Positions 51,241-64,000 of a stretch of DNA of 64,000 nt are shown one piece after another. Numbering within the stretch: the first letter of the stretch is position 1; each line of letters opens with the position of its first letter. Source of the DNA: Eledone cirrhosa. Lineage: Eukaryota. Location of the stretch: the NCBI GenBank assembly GCA_964016885.1, contig OZ024747.1, positions 88,908,001-88,972,000 on the forward strand. The letters run 5' to 3'. The position numbers and the translations under genes were made by a program. The notes under the pieces are model-generated. The model did not search any database, was not told the DNA's origin, and saw only the letters and a program-made list of their open reading frames with translations.

Positions 51241-53962
51241 CTGGCACAGAATCAAGAGGCGAATACAATAAACACCAGACAAACCCAGACATTAGGATAA
51301 GAGGTTCACAAACGTGCATGTAATTCTCATCAACCAACCAGGTTAGATTGGAATAGAAACATATTCTCATCAACAGTTTATCAAAAGTTAGCGATATTGG
51401 TATGTGCAGATGGAAACAAAAAAAAAGGGGGGGGAGGGAATTTGTTATCAAAATAAAGTTATAAATATGAAGATCACACTAGAAACACCATTTTTGTTTT
51501 CATCTTATTTTAATAGATTATTTATTGTAATAAAATATAACATACTGTTTAGTTTTTATGTCTGTTAATTTGTCAAGTAATAAACACACACTATTAGTTA
51601 GTTATTTACCTGTTGTTATTATTATTATTCTTTAGGTTTGAGTTCCAATCTCACTATGGTTAACTTTGCCTTTCATCCTTACAGGGTCGATAAAATAAAG
51701 TACTAGTAATGTACTGGGGTTGATTTAATCGACTTTCCCTCCCACCAAATTGTTGGCCTTGTGCCTAAACCAGAAATCTTTATTATTATTATTCTAGTTA
51801 GTTATTGCTATGATAGCACCAACAACCTTAATCACTGAGCTCTAAACTAGAGAAGTGAATAAATAATTAGTGGTTAGAGCATTGGCCTTGCAATCGAAAG
51901 GTTGTGAGTTCAATTCTCAGACCGGGTGATGTGTTGTTTCCTTGAGCAAGACACTTTATTTCACATTGCTCCAGTTTACTCAGCTGTTTGTGAGATGATA
52001 GGGACTGGGGTCCCTATCGTTCCACTGCAAAGTGATCGTGGAGGTGCCACGGCAAAAAAGCACCCAGCACTCACTGTAAATGAGGTTGGTGTTAGGAAGG
52101 GCATCCAGCTGTAGAACTCAAGCCAGAATCAGTTCCCGTCCCACCCTTGCAAGCAGGGAAAAGTGGACGTAAAATGATGATGATGATGTTTCTACTTTTG
52201 GCACAAGGCCAGCAATTACCCAGTACATTACTGGTACTTTATTTTATCGACCCCGTAAGGATGAAAGGCAAAGTGAACCTCGGCAGGATTTGAACTCAGA
52301 CCGTAAAGGGACGTAACTATGCTGGAAAGCATGGCGTCTGACACTCTACCGATACTGCCAATCCAGTATAAATAATTATATTCATCATCACCACCGTTTA
52401 ACGTCCATTTTCCACACTAGCATGGATTACATGAGCTGTCATGTGAGACAAGTCAAATCAGGTGATCGTGTCTTGCAGATCTGTTTCTGGTTTGGTCTCT
52501 ATGGCTGGATGCCCTTCCTAATGCTAACCACATTTACAGCATGGACAGGGTGCATTTTATCGTGGCAGCAAAACAACCAACTGACAGGTTAAACTGTGTA
52601 ATTTTTCCTCATGTCATGAGCACGACAACCCTAGCAGGATGGATTGGGTGCTAGTTGTGTTTATTAATTGACAAATAATAATCAAACAATACTACCAAAC
52701 AATGGCAGTATCTATGACATAATACAATTTCAGATCAATACTCTTATGAAAGCTATACAACAAATTGGAATAACTCTTATTTCAAACAGGCATAAACAAA
52801 ACAGCTTGTAAAGACTGTGGTATAAGTTGCTAAATATAACAATCACCATGAAGGTTGTAGTAACAAAACACTGATTTATAAAGTTAAACCACCTAGTTAA
52901 TAAATAAGTTTGACTACAATTTAAATATCATAGGCCACTAAGTAATTTTTGAGAGATCACAGCTCCGATACTATGAACATATAGGTAGAATCTTTCAGGA
53001 AAGAATCACTGGACAGATTTTATGGGTAAAACCAACCGGCAGGAGGCACAGGAGTAGACCCCAAGCAAGATGTTTGGATAACATCTATAAGCTTGGCTGG
53101 TCTCGGTTAGCGACCCAACCGGATTATTTGGAGACAGTTGCTTTTGACAGGACCTGCTGGAAAGAGTGTTTGAGGACTCTGCCCCCACAACACTATCAAG
53201 AATAAGTGGGTAAAGAAGAAGGAGGAGGCCATTAAGTTATTGTTTTACGAAGAATGGCCAACTGGCAAAGAAAAAAAATTACAGAAATGATAGAAATAAT
53301 TCAAAGAGTATTTCAAAACCAATAATTCGAAAGTAGCATCAAACTCTAAAGGAAAACTTCTTTAATGAGTGTGAAACTGTTAGGTTCTAAGATAACATAT
53401 AAAACAAGCTAAAATACCTGCTTTAAAGAATTATCATTGTTGATATCTGCCTAACAGTTGTTGTTCATGTACAAATTAGTCTTATTTCAATTTGCCATTA
53501 ATTTTATTTCATATTATGAAAGAGGGAGTGGGAAATTTCCTTCCAATTCAAATAAGGAAAACAAGGAGCTAAGATATGAGATATATAAAATAATAGATTC
53601 AAGAGAAATAACTTGGCAAACACCTCATATCAGAGTGCAATAACCATATTGAAGAGTAGCAAACATTTAGCGTGTACTATGATAAAATGCTATTCATTGA
53701 AAAATACACAGGCACCTTTTTGTTAAAATATTTAAGAGTTATTTTTGTATGATCTTCATAGCTATATTTTGGCTGGGTTTATTAGATTTACAACAAAATA
53801 AAAAGATATTAAAAGAAAAAAACAGGTTTTTCTTTTTAACTTAGGAGAATTTAATTGAATATTTTCACAGATTAAGGTTCAATATAATTAAATAAAAACA
53901 ATGAAAATTGTTAGCATGCAATTGCAGACGATAATATACAGCTTTAAAACCAATAAACTCAC

Positions 53963-54070
53963 CCCTGTTTTAAGATCCACTGAAAACCAATTTGGTACGT
54001 AAACCATTTTGAACCGTTTTTTATATTCTTCTTCTAAATCAGCTTTTCCTAATTCTTCTACTTTTCGTGC
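53963..54070 (-). CDS. WDR48: WDR48 exon
   Basis: [36 protein letters not shown]. Confidence 0.96.
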
Positions 54071-54629
54071 CTAAAATGAAGACATCAATATTTTGTAATC
54101 TAAGGTACAAGATTAGAATCTATGACTAAATATAGGAGTGTTGGTTGACTACATTTAATAACATCTGCAGTTGTAGAATCTGTGACTAAATATAGCAACA
54201 ACTGACATCTTTGAGTTAAATGTTGTGGTATTTAATGTTGTTTAACATATCAGCTTAACCATCTTGTTTTGCTTGTGTTTTCAGATAAAACATATCTAGG
54301 ACTACATTAGCTAATGTATCATTCCATTTTTAAAGTATTAACACATGCTTTGAAGGTAATTTAACTACTACTTTTTGTAGGTCAATCAAGCACATAGAAG
54401 TAGAGTCTCTTTGTTATTTGTTTAAATAAGATGTGTACATTATTTAATAAATCATCTGAGAAGAATTGATTTAGGGATTTTGAAGTATAGAAGATGAATT
54501 TTAGTAATAAGTTAATGAAACCTGAAAGTTTTAAGATATAAATCACATTCAAAACCACAGCCATTCAGCATTGAATGATGAATTTAAAATATTTCATAAT
54601 ATTAAAGATTGAGAACTATAAGTACTTAC

Positions 54630-54727
54630 CGTTAAAACATCCCATAAAATAACACTATCATCTGTATCTTTGGTAATAATGTGTCGTTTATCATTTAAGA
54701 CATAATACTGGCGTATGCTGGCTCCAC
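54630..54727 (-). CDS. WDR48: WDR48 exon
   Basis: [33 protein letters not shown]. Confidence 0.95.
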
Positions 54728-55659
54728 CTGATAGGAGTACACAAATAATAGTATGAACAAATATATATCACTTAGTTGAAATTTAAAAGATTAAAACCAA
54801 AGTGGACGTGAAATTATGATTATAATAATGAAAATAATAATGAAAATTATTGTGTACAATGCTCAGGTGAACTACAACTCATCAAAGGTGCATGTATAGC
54901 ACATAGAATAATGTACAAATGTCAGGAAAGTGAACAGTGTATGAGTCATGATATACACAGATACACACACAGATGCGTGTGTGTATGGAGGGGGAATATC
55001 AGGTGTAGTGTTGGCGAATATCGGGAAGCATAGAGGTTTTGAAGGATGCAGTAGCCCTGGAGATGAAAAAACTTCTACTTTCTTTTACCTCCAGGAATAC
55101 TTTATTTGATGTATTCAACTATTATTTACAGTTATCTGCATTGTGGTGACTATATTTAAAAAATTTCCCCATGTTTCATAAGTGAACCAAGAAAATTATA
55201 TATAGTAATTAATGTGTAGGTAACTGCAGAAACCCATGCAATATGTAACCACATGTATATATCCACTTCTATTTGACGACACAATGTCAGTTTTAGTAGT
55301 AGGTATATAATACACTGAAGGGATGCCAGTCAATTATCATTGTTTGCCTTATCAGTCATGGACAAATGAAAACAAAGAAAACTTAAATACAAAAAAATTA
55401 ACCATAAAATTGCTTGGTATGCAAATAAAGCTAATTGGCTGATGTATACTTTAGAAAATAGTATATATTTTCAACAGTTCAAGTGAGTGGTGGAGAGATA
55501 AACAGTCTTGACAAAGGGCAATAACCCAGAAACATGTTGACTGTTTCTCGAAGCCACTGCTGGAACAAAAAGATGACAGTGGTCATAAAAAAACATAGCG
55601 TAATGAGGCTGTTTACTTGCAAACAAATCGAATATTATTATTGTTATTCGATATAAAAA

Positions 55660-55988
55660 GTGTGTGAACAACCAAGCATGGACGAGCTAAGAGAAAAACT
55701 GTGTATAAGAGGAATAAACAGTGTACAAGAGAAAAGACTGCATTGGTATAACCATGTGATGTGCATGGATAATGACCACTGGGTGAAGAAGTGCCAAGTA
55801 ATCCCAAGTAATCATAGTAGAGGAAGACTATGAAAAAGCTGGCAAGGGTGGTAAGAGCTGACCTCAGATCGCTGAAGCTCACAGAGGAGATGACAAAGAA
55901 CCGTGACAAATGGAGAGAGGCTGTGCTGAAGAGGACCTGTACCACCCTTGCAAGCAGGGAAAAGTGGATGTAAAATGATGATGATGAT
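55660..55988 (+). mobile_element. RTE LINE 3' fragment (same family as 4152-4596 and 62905-63127)
   Basis: Direct similarity and (GAT)n tail. Confidence 0.85.
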
Positions 55989-56146
55989 AAAACTCATAAA
56001 CCTAAATATTTCAAGGTATTTAACATGATTCTCTATTATGTCTATGGAACTCATGATAAAGAAATATTCAAGAACAAAAAGAAAAACAAAATAACAATGA
56101 ATCAAGTATGGGAGAGTAATTGAAATAAAAACAAAATACACCAAAC

Positions 56147-56237
56147 CTTTGATAGTAAAATCTGGTTGCGTACACATTGGGACAGTTTTTTCATTTTCAT
56201 AATCACCAGAGCACCTTGAGTTCCGAGACTTGATTGG
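56147..56237 (-). CDS. WDR48: WDR48 exon
   Basis: PIKSRNSRCSGDYENEKTVPMCTQPDFTIKG. Confidence 0.92.
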
Positions 56238-56659
56238 CTGTAGCATGTAAATATTATTATTATTGTTGTTGTTGTTATTATTATTATCATTATTATTATA
56301 TTAATCAATTGACAATGAAGAAATAAGTTAAGTAAACTGACAATTTTTTCAGAATGATTACAAAGGGTTGGAAGGGCTCTCGGTTGTGTCAAAGGCACAC
56401 CAACTTCTCCTGTGTACTTGGTAGAACGTGAGACTGTATGCAAGTGAGATGCAGATCCCTGACCTGTCTGGGAGGTCAGTAGCCCTGGTTCAGTACAGAC
56501 TTGGTCTATGTAGACTTGACTAACCCTTGCTAGCAGGGAAAGCGGATGTTAAAACGGTGATGATGATTACGACCACTTGTTTATTGTCCATCTTTTTTCT
56601 TAATAGTATTTAAGCTTAATTCAACTGACCACAGATCATTTTACATAAAATATCAGAAG

Positions 56660-59173
56660 ATTAAGATCTGGAAGCTGAAAGTCCCCTCAACCAGATTTAA
56701 AGATATTTTACTCAACGCCTACGACAGTAAAGAAGAACAGATAGAGACATTTAATGTAGAAGAGAACTGGGAGTTCCTAAAAAATAATTTACTAGAGGCG
56801 ACGGATGAGGTCTGTGGCTGGAGTAAGACCTCAAGCAGGAGGAGAGTGACTTGGTGGTGGAACAATAAGGTAGATGAAGCAGTTAAGGCCAAGAGACAGG
56901 CATGGAAAGAATGGAAGAACGGGGGGAGCAGGGTACATTACATAGAGACCAAGAGGGAAGCAGAGGATAGAAAATTCAAGCATGTTTTGCAACGTGAGGA
57001 CCAGAAACAGGAGGTATTCAAGATTGCGGGGCAGTGTGTCAGAGATAGTTGTGATGTCATTGGAGAGAAGTGTATCCGGAATGATAAAGGTGAGCTTGCC
57101 CTCACAAGTGATGAGAAGAAAGATGCATGGAAGAGTCATTATGATAGATAACTAAATGAGGAGAATGCATGTGAAGAAGAGACCCTACCCCAAGTAGACC
57201 CTATAGACGGACCAGCAGTACGATCAGCAGCAGCGTAGTAAGTAAGGCAATCAAAGATATGAAGATGGGGAAGGCGACCGGTCCATCGGGTATAGCTGCC
57301 GAGATGCTGAAGGCATCTGGGTCTGTAGGTCACACTATAACCACACGTATCGTTAACCAGGTAATACTAGAAGGTGCCATACCAAAAGATTGGTGCAGTA
57401 GCATCATTGTCAACTGCTACAAAGGTAAAGGCGATGCACTAGATAGAGGAAACTATAGAGGTATAAAGTTGATGGACCAGGTCATGAAAGTAACAGAAAG
57501 AGTTATAGCACAGCTGATTAGGGACCGGGTGAAAATAGACGAGATGCAATTTGGGTTTGTACCAGGAAGAGGCACCACTGATGCCCTCTTCCTTGTGAGG
57601 CAATAACAGGAAAAGTACCTAGCTAAAAGTAAGCCACTCTACTTGGCATTTGTCGACCTTGAGAAAGCCTTTGACAGAGTTCCCCGTGCTGTAATCTGGT
57701 GGGCTCTTAGAAAACTAGGAGTAGATGAATGGCTTGTGAAAGCGGTACAAGCCATGTATAGGGGAGCAGTCAGCAAAGTTAGGATTAGCAATGAGTATAG
57801 CGAGGAATTTAGCGTACAGGTTGGGGTCCACCAGGGCTCTGTTCTTAGCCCTCTCCTGTTCATCATAGTCCTGCAGGCAATAACGGAGGAGTTTAAGACC
57901 GGATGCCCATGGGAACTCCTGTATGCTGATGACCTCGCACTCATAGCTGAATCTATGGTAGAACTAGAGAATAAATTCCAAACTTGGAAGCAGGGACTAG
58001 AAAGAAAGGGTCTCAAAGTCAACATGATAAAGACTAAGGTCCTTGTAAGTAGATGAGAAAACAGAACCCAGATCCCCTCAGGGAAATGGCCTTGCTCAGT
58101 ATGTAGGAAAGGTGTAGGTAGGAACTCCATTCTCTGCCCCAAATGCAAGCAATGGGTACACAAGAGATGTAGCAGGATCTCAGGAAGCTTAATTAAGAAT
58201 GTAGGATTCACATGCAGCAACTGTGCTGAGACAGCAAGCAGCAAACAGCCACAGGAAACAAGTACCACCAATCTCTGGGAGGGCCCTGTAGAAACAGTAG
58301 ACAGCTTCTGCTACCTAGGTGACCGAATTATCAGCGGAGGTGGGTGTTCAGAAAGTACAATAACTAGGGTAAGAGCGGGATGGAAGAAGTTTAAGGAACT
58401 ACTACCACTGCTAGCTGCAAAAGGCTTCTCCCTCAAAATGAAAGGCAGACTGTATGATGCGTGTATCCGAACAGCAATGTTACATGGTAGTGAGACCTGG
58501 GCGCTGAAGGTGGAAGACTTACGTAGATTAGAGAGAAACGAAGCCTGCATGCTCCGATGGATGTGTAACAGTAATATACGCGAACGACAAAGCATAAATG
58601 AATTGAGAGAGAGACTGAGCATAAGAGGAATCAAATGCTGTGTGCAGGAGAGGCGGATGCGTATGAAGGATGACAGCTGCATAAAAAGGTGCAGAGCACT
58701 AGAAGTCGATGGAAACCGTGGAGTGGGGAGACCCAAGAAGACCTGGGATGAGGTGATAAAAGCCGACCTTACCCAATTACATCTCTCAAAGGCGATGACA
58801 CACGACCGTGACCTCTGGCGTCACACAGTAATACAGAGTACCCGACCTCCCATGGGTACAAGCTGAAGCATATAGACAATATGCCCCCCACACCCTCCCA
58901 CTGCAAGGTGGTTGTGGAGGTGCCACGGCAAAAAAGCACCCAGCCCACACTGTAAAGTGGACATGTAGGCGCCACAAAAAAGCACCCAGCACTCACTGTA
59001 AATGAGGTTGGTGTTAGGAAGGGCATCCAGCTGTAGAAATCAAGCCAAATCAGTTCCTGTATGAGCAAGGCATGGTCAGCCGACCAGACACTGCCCACAA
59101 CAGGACAACCCGTCTAACCCATGTTAGCGTGGAAGAACGGACGTAAAACGGTGATGATGATGATGATGATGAT
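56660..59173 (+). mobile_element. Degenerate 5'-truncated RTE LINE with PHD insert
   Basis: TWWWN, YRGIKL, FVDLEKAFD, YADD motifs with stops and frameshifts; 3' UTR and (GAT)n tail. Confidence 0.95.
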
Positions 59174-59290
59174 TATCAATTTGCAGTAAGAATTTAGCCA
59201 TGACAGCATGAAATATAGATATCACCATCATCCCAACCATTATTATAATAAAGATAGGTAGTAATAGTGTGTAGAAAGTTTAAGACTTAC

Positions 59291-59362
59291 CCAGTTGCAA
59301 ATGGAAGAATCTGTTGTAGCAACCCATAAAGACTGCTGGTTATCTGTTTGGGATAGTTCAAG
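59291..59362 (-). CDS. WDR48: WDR48 exon
   Basis: LELSQTDNQQSLWVATTDSSICNW. Confidence 0.92.
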
Positions 59363-60409
59363 CTATAAAGAAAACAAAAAAAAACAAAAAAAAAAACATT
59401 TAATGAAGGTTTAATAGAAAAATAATATCCAATTTTGTGAAGTTTGCTTTCTCCAGTCACAATGAAACAAACTATTTTTTACACAACAGATGGGTTTTGT
59501 TTCTCTATAGTTACTATAAAGATGTTGTGACAGGACTACATGTAGGGTTCCGTTGCATGAGCATATTATGGTTAAAGAAATCATGAAAGGGCCTGGCTGA
59601 ATAATCTAAGGAAACTATCACCATATGAAGGCAGACGATACTTGGCCACATGCTATGCATTCCCACAAAGAGACAAGTGAGGGCCTCTTTGAATGTAAGC
59701 CAGATGAGGGATGGGAGTAAAAGAGGCAAGGCAGACATATCAAGACTTGGTTGAAGTATACAGAGGAAGACCTAGCAGACATGGGCCTGGCCTAGGAGCA
59801 GAGCCATGACAGGGCTTGTAACTGTGTGTAATGAAAATCTCTTGTTGCCCAAAGGAACTAAGGAAAAATATAGTTACTATGATAATGAGTTATTAGAGAA
59901 GCAGATGGAAGGCCTAGAAGGTCTTATGGTATTTGTTCTGGCTCTCTGCACTCTGAGTTCAAATACTGCTGCAGTCAACTTTGCCTTCTGGGAGTCAATA
60001 AATAAAATACCAGTTATGTGCTAGGGTCAGTTCTTCTTACGTTTTCTCTTTCATGTGGCTACATTGCACAATGAGAAAAGTCATGGGAGGCCAGTTATAG
60101 CATTTCTCCAGAAATCTAGAAAGGTTGAAGAAGGAAAACTGCAATAATATTGCCTGACATGCAGTGGAGCAGGGAAAGGAAATAAAGAAAATAGACTACT
60201 ATAATTATCTTATGGAGCAGCAACAGTATTCCATAAGACAGAAAGAGTGTTTTTAGTCTAAAGTCATTCTTTAAACCCATCTAACTGACCTATAGCTTTG
60301 TAATGGCGTTATATTTCGAACTAACTGGTGACATGACACAACACAAAAAAACCTGCCCACCAGTACAAGCTCTGTGACACTAAAAGTAAACATGGTGAAA
60401 GACTAAAGG

Positions 60410-60444
<35 letters not shown>

Positions 60445-61399
60445 TGCGTGTGTGTGCATATATAAAATTAATTCAATGAGAATATTTTTGGTGTTCCATG
60501 GGAAACAAACAAAAATTACACGCTGTAATTGAAATTAATAAATAACGTGTTTCATGTGAATTTGAAGGTGAGAGTACATTTGAGTGAAAAATTACTTCTT
60601 TACAATTATTCTCAACAATAAATATTTGGCCATCTAGATACAACTATCTAATGGTTCTAAAATTAAGTCTGTTCTGTAGTTAGATTCCATTACCAATATG
60701 CGTAAATATGAGGTGAGTAAAAATCTTCTTTAAACATTAGCTTCGGTGAAACTGCAGTGAGAAACCACACAAAAGCCAAGTCAACTATTTATTCACATGA
60801 CCATGTCTGAACTCAACTGAAGAATGATTTGTTTAGCTTACAATGCTGAGTTCAATTATATCCATGGGAGAATCTATTTAATAATATAAAAACTCAGAGA
60901 TAAACACCAGCTGCTGTGGTTTAAAAAATGACAGATGTTTCGTTTCTTTTCTGTGCTGTTCTGAGTCAAGTTTTAATGTTAGATCAGTGTTGCTGACTTC
61001 ATGTTAATTATATGTAGTCTCAAGATTTAAAACCAAAACGTATTCATTTTAAACATAATAGAGTTAGTTAACCCTTTTGATACTAACACCACTAAAACTA
61101 ATTCTGGTTCTATCAAGCTAGACCACCCATTTTAAAGAGTTCTTATTAAAATTAAAATCTTTTAATATAATTTTATATAAGAACAATATGTTAAGTTACT
61201 ATCTTAGTAATGAAATAATCAATAATGTTAGTAAATCCCTTAAAATTGTTCATTAATTAATTTAAATGAGTTTATTTCATAATAGATAAAGTCACAACAG
61301 GGTTAAAGGTGATTTGGTAGTCATGTCCAGGTGAAGCTGGTGTAAAGAAGGTCTGTCATTGGTTTATGTAGTGAAAGTATTTACGATATGTCAATATAC

Positions 61400-61519
61400 C
61401 TTTAATACAGGAGCTTTTTCTTCACATATTAATGTTCGATATTCGGGATCTCTTATGTCTGTAGCCCATACACGTCTGTCTCTGCCAGCAGAGTACACAA
61501 CTGAAAACGAATCATTGGC
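61400..61519 (-). CDS. WDR48: WDR48 exon (WD40)
   Basis: [40 protein letters not shown]. Confidence 0.95.
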
Positions 61520-62076
61520 CTGTGGGAAGAGAAGAACAATTTTAATATTTCTAATTTTATAATAAAATGCTTTAAGACACTATCTTCCAGAAAAAGGAAA
61601 ACATAAGTATCTTAACATACACTACACACATCACCATTAAAATCTTTAGTCTGATGTCACAAATTTTCACAATGAATTTAATTGTTCACTAGTAAAGATA
61701 CTATTAATGTTTGAATTAGCAAACTTGATTTTAGATATTTCCTGTATTTTCTGCTAAATCCTTACAGGATGTTATGAGTTTAAAAAAATATTTGTAAATA
61801 AAATCGAAGTTGTCATATTAATTGATTTAGTTTAAGTTTTGATACTATACTGCCTGAAACTGCACCTGGTTCTATGGTACAAAACCTTCCATTATAATTT
61901 TATTTAAGAAACTTTAAGTTATGTTCCAAACACCAGTTTAATAATGAGAAAGTTAGTTTCATTAAATCCCTCCAAATGATTTTTTTTTCGAAATGATTTG
62001 AAAATTATAGGCAGTGTCTATCATTAGAAATACAGTAACGAAAGAGAAAGAAAAAAAATGAGAATAAAAAACTAAC

Positions 62077-62181
62077 CTGCAATGCCCACACTCCTTCATT
62101 ATGGACCCGGAATGTGGCCATACACACTTGTTGACCAATTGACCATAACCGAATGGTACCATCTGAGCTACCAGATAAGCA
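62077..62181 (-). CDS. WDR48: WDR48 exon (WD40)
   Basis: [35 protein letters not shown]. Confidence 0.96.
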
Positions 62182-62412
62182 CTAAAATCAAACAGAATAC
62201 AATACATATGATATAGTTTACTTTTAATAGAAAGTGTTTCTTTATATACATGTGTGCATTTAGTTATATACATCACTGTGAAGTCTATTAATCAGTTTAA
62301 CGTTGAGCTATCACTTTCTAATGTTGAGCTACCATTTTCTAAATTTATTCCTCTTAATGTTTGAAAATAATGATAAAGGATTAAAATCTCAAATAAAAAA
62401 ACATTAACAAAC

Positions 62413-62603
62413 CTGAGTACCATCTCGGTTCAGTACAATAGCTTTGACATTGTCTCCATGACCTTTTAATTTCATCATCTTCTGACAGGTACGAGGATCC
62501 CATACCCGTAAAATTTTCTCAGTAGACCCAGATACAATGACTGTACCAGGTGGATTCATTGCTAAACTATAAATTGAATCCTTGTTACCATTAAGGCTGG
62601 AAG
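62413..62603 (-). CDS. WDR48: WDR48 exon (WD40); gene continues beyond the window
   Basis: [63 protein letters not shown]. Confidence 0.97.
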
Positions 62604-64000
62604 CTGAAAAAAAAAAGAGAAAAAAGGTTAGCAATACAACATATATTAACCTTTTTGATAACAACCTGCCCAAAACTGAGCTCATTTTAAAGGGTTCCTA
62701 TTTAAATTAAAAACCTTCCAAAATAATTTTATATAAGAACTATTTAAGTCACATTTCAATAATGAAATAATAATTTTAGTAAATCCTTGCAAATTAATTA
62801 ATTGAAAAAAAAACCAAAAAACAATGTATGTCAGCAGAAAAGAGAAACAGGTCAATTGATGGGGCTTCTATAATCTATCATTGCAGGGCAACTGTATTAC
62901 TAATAACAGTACATGGACGATGACCACTGAGTGAAGAAGTACCAAGTAATCCCAGTGGAAGGAAGACCACGAAAAACAGGAGCAGAGGTGGTGAGAGCTG
63001 ACCTCAGATCACTGAAGATCACAGAGGAGATGACGAAAGACTGACAAATGCAGAGATGCTGTGCTGAAAAGGACCTATCCCACCTTTGCAAGCATAGAAA
63101 AGTGGACATAAAATGATGATGATGATGTTTGCTATTCCATCTACTCAAATTGACAGGGCTTCAACCATTTACCACTGCTGGGCAATTACACAAGATGTCT
63201 GCTATTCCATCTATTCAAATTGGATACTATAAACTGTTTCTGCTATCTTAACTATAACTAGTTAATTAAGCTGTGGAAATTCCACAACTTAATTAGAAAC
63301 AACCACAAAATATTAAAGATCAATATGACTTTTTAAGTGTTTTAGTTATTTTTCTAAGTAATCAACAAGATCCCAGACCTCATTCACTTACAAGTGGGGT
63401 AGTGCTCATCAAATTGGACCAAGGAAACAATTTTCCATTGGTCTTTCCATTGCTAATATCATCTACCTGTCGCAACTCCTGGCAGAAAGAGCAGCGTGAA
63501 ATAAAGTGTCTAGCCCAAGGACATAACGCATCACCCAGTCTGGGAATCAAACTCGCAACCTCACAATTACAAATCCAATTCACTAACCACTAAGTTATAA
63601 GCTATATATATATATGTTCGACTATATTGTATATATATAGCTAGGTTTCTATAGCTGGATGCCCTTCCTAACGCCAACCACATTTACAGTGTGTGCTGGG
63701 TGCTTTTTGTCGTGACTCCTACATGACCACTTTACAGTGTGGGTATCAGTTCTAGGAAAATCACCAACCTTTGTTGTTTTAATGTCTAAAATCATTTAAC
63801 ATAAAAATCTAAGCAATTACACCAGTCCTATATGTGTTGAGCTACTTAACACTGAATGTCCTGTATCACATCAAACCACATTAGCAAGGCATTCTAGAAA
63901 AGTACAAAACAGCTCTATGAATGTATCACATAAAAAATTTAAGTCTTTACTGGAGTTTAATGCTGTAAGTGATCTGACCAACAACAAAGGTACTATAAAC

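Noticed and set aside
60500-60620. Minus-strand GAAACACGTT near (TA)n as a hammerhead
   Set aside because: The CUGANGA box is absent and stem II does not pair convincingly

Overview
AT-rich, repeat-dense animal genomic DNA. The SINE/RTE repertoire with (GAT)n tails looks cephalopod/octopus-like, but that is an inference. Two convergent spliced genes were reconstructed by hand with consistent GT-AG sites and phases. The first is the last 7 exons of an SLCO5A1/Oatp30B-like organic anion transporter (+, 3537-9505). The second is the last 14 constitutive exons of WDR48/UAF1 (-, 62603-19399), plus a candidate 48-nt cassette exon. Introns hold RTE LINEs (one with an intact 793-aa ORF carrying an internal PHD finger), R4/Dong-like and CRE-like fragments, piggyBac remnants and MITEs, tRNA-SINEs and minisatellites. 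The most striking signal is in the large WDR48 intron (about 40.9-47.5 kb): a cluster of mutually dissimilar, non-coding fold-back elements inserted in (TA)n tracts. In three of them each inverted arm carries a type I hammerhead ribozyme (CUGANGA...GAAA-palindrome-UA), so both strands encode a ribozyme, and one of these has an unusual ~116-nt stem II. A fourth hammerhead is unpaired, and decayed relatives occur at about 12.0-12.8, 16.2 and 50.6 kb. They are probably non-autonomous Penelope-like or retrozyme-like elements. Ribozyme activity cannot be shown from sequence alone.
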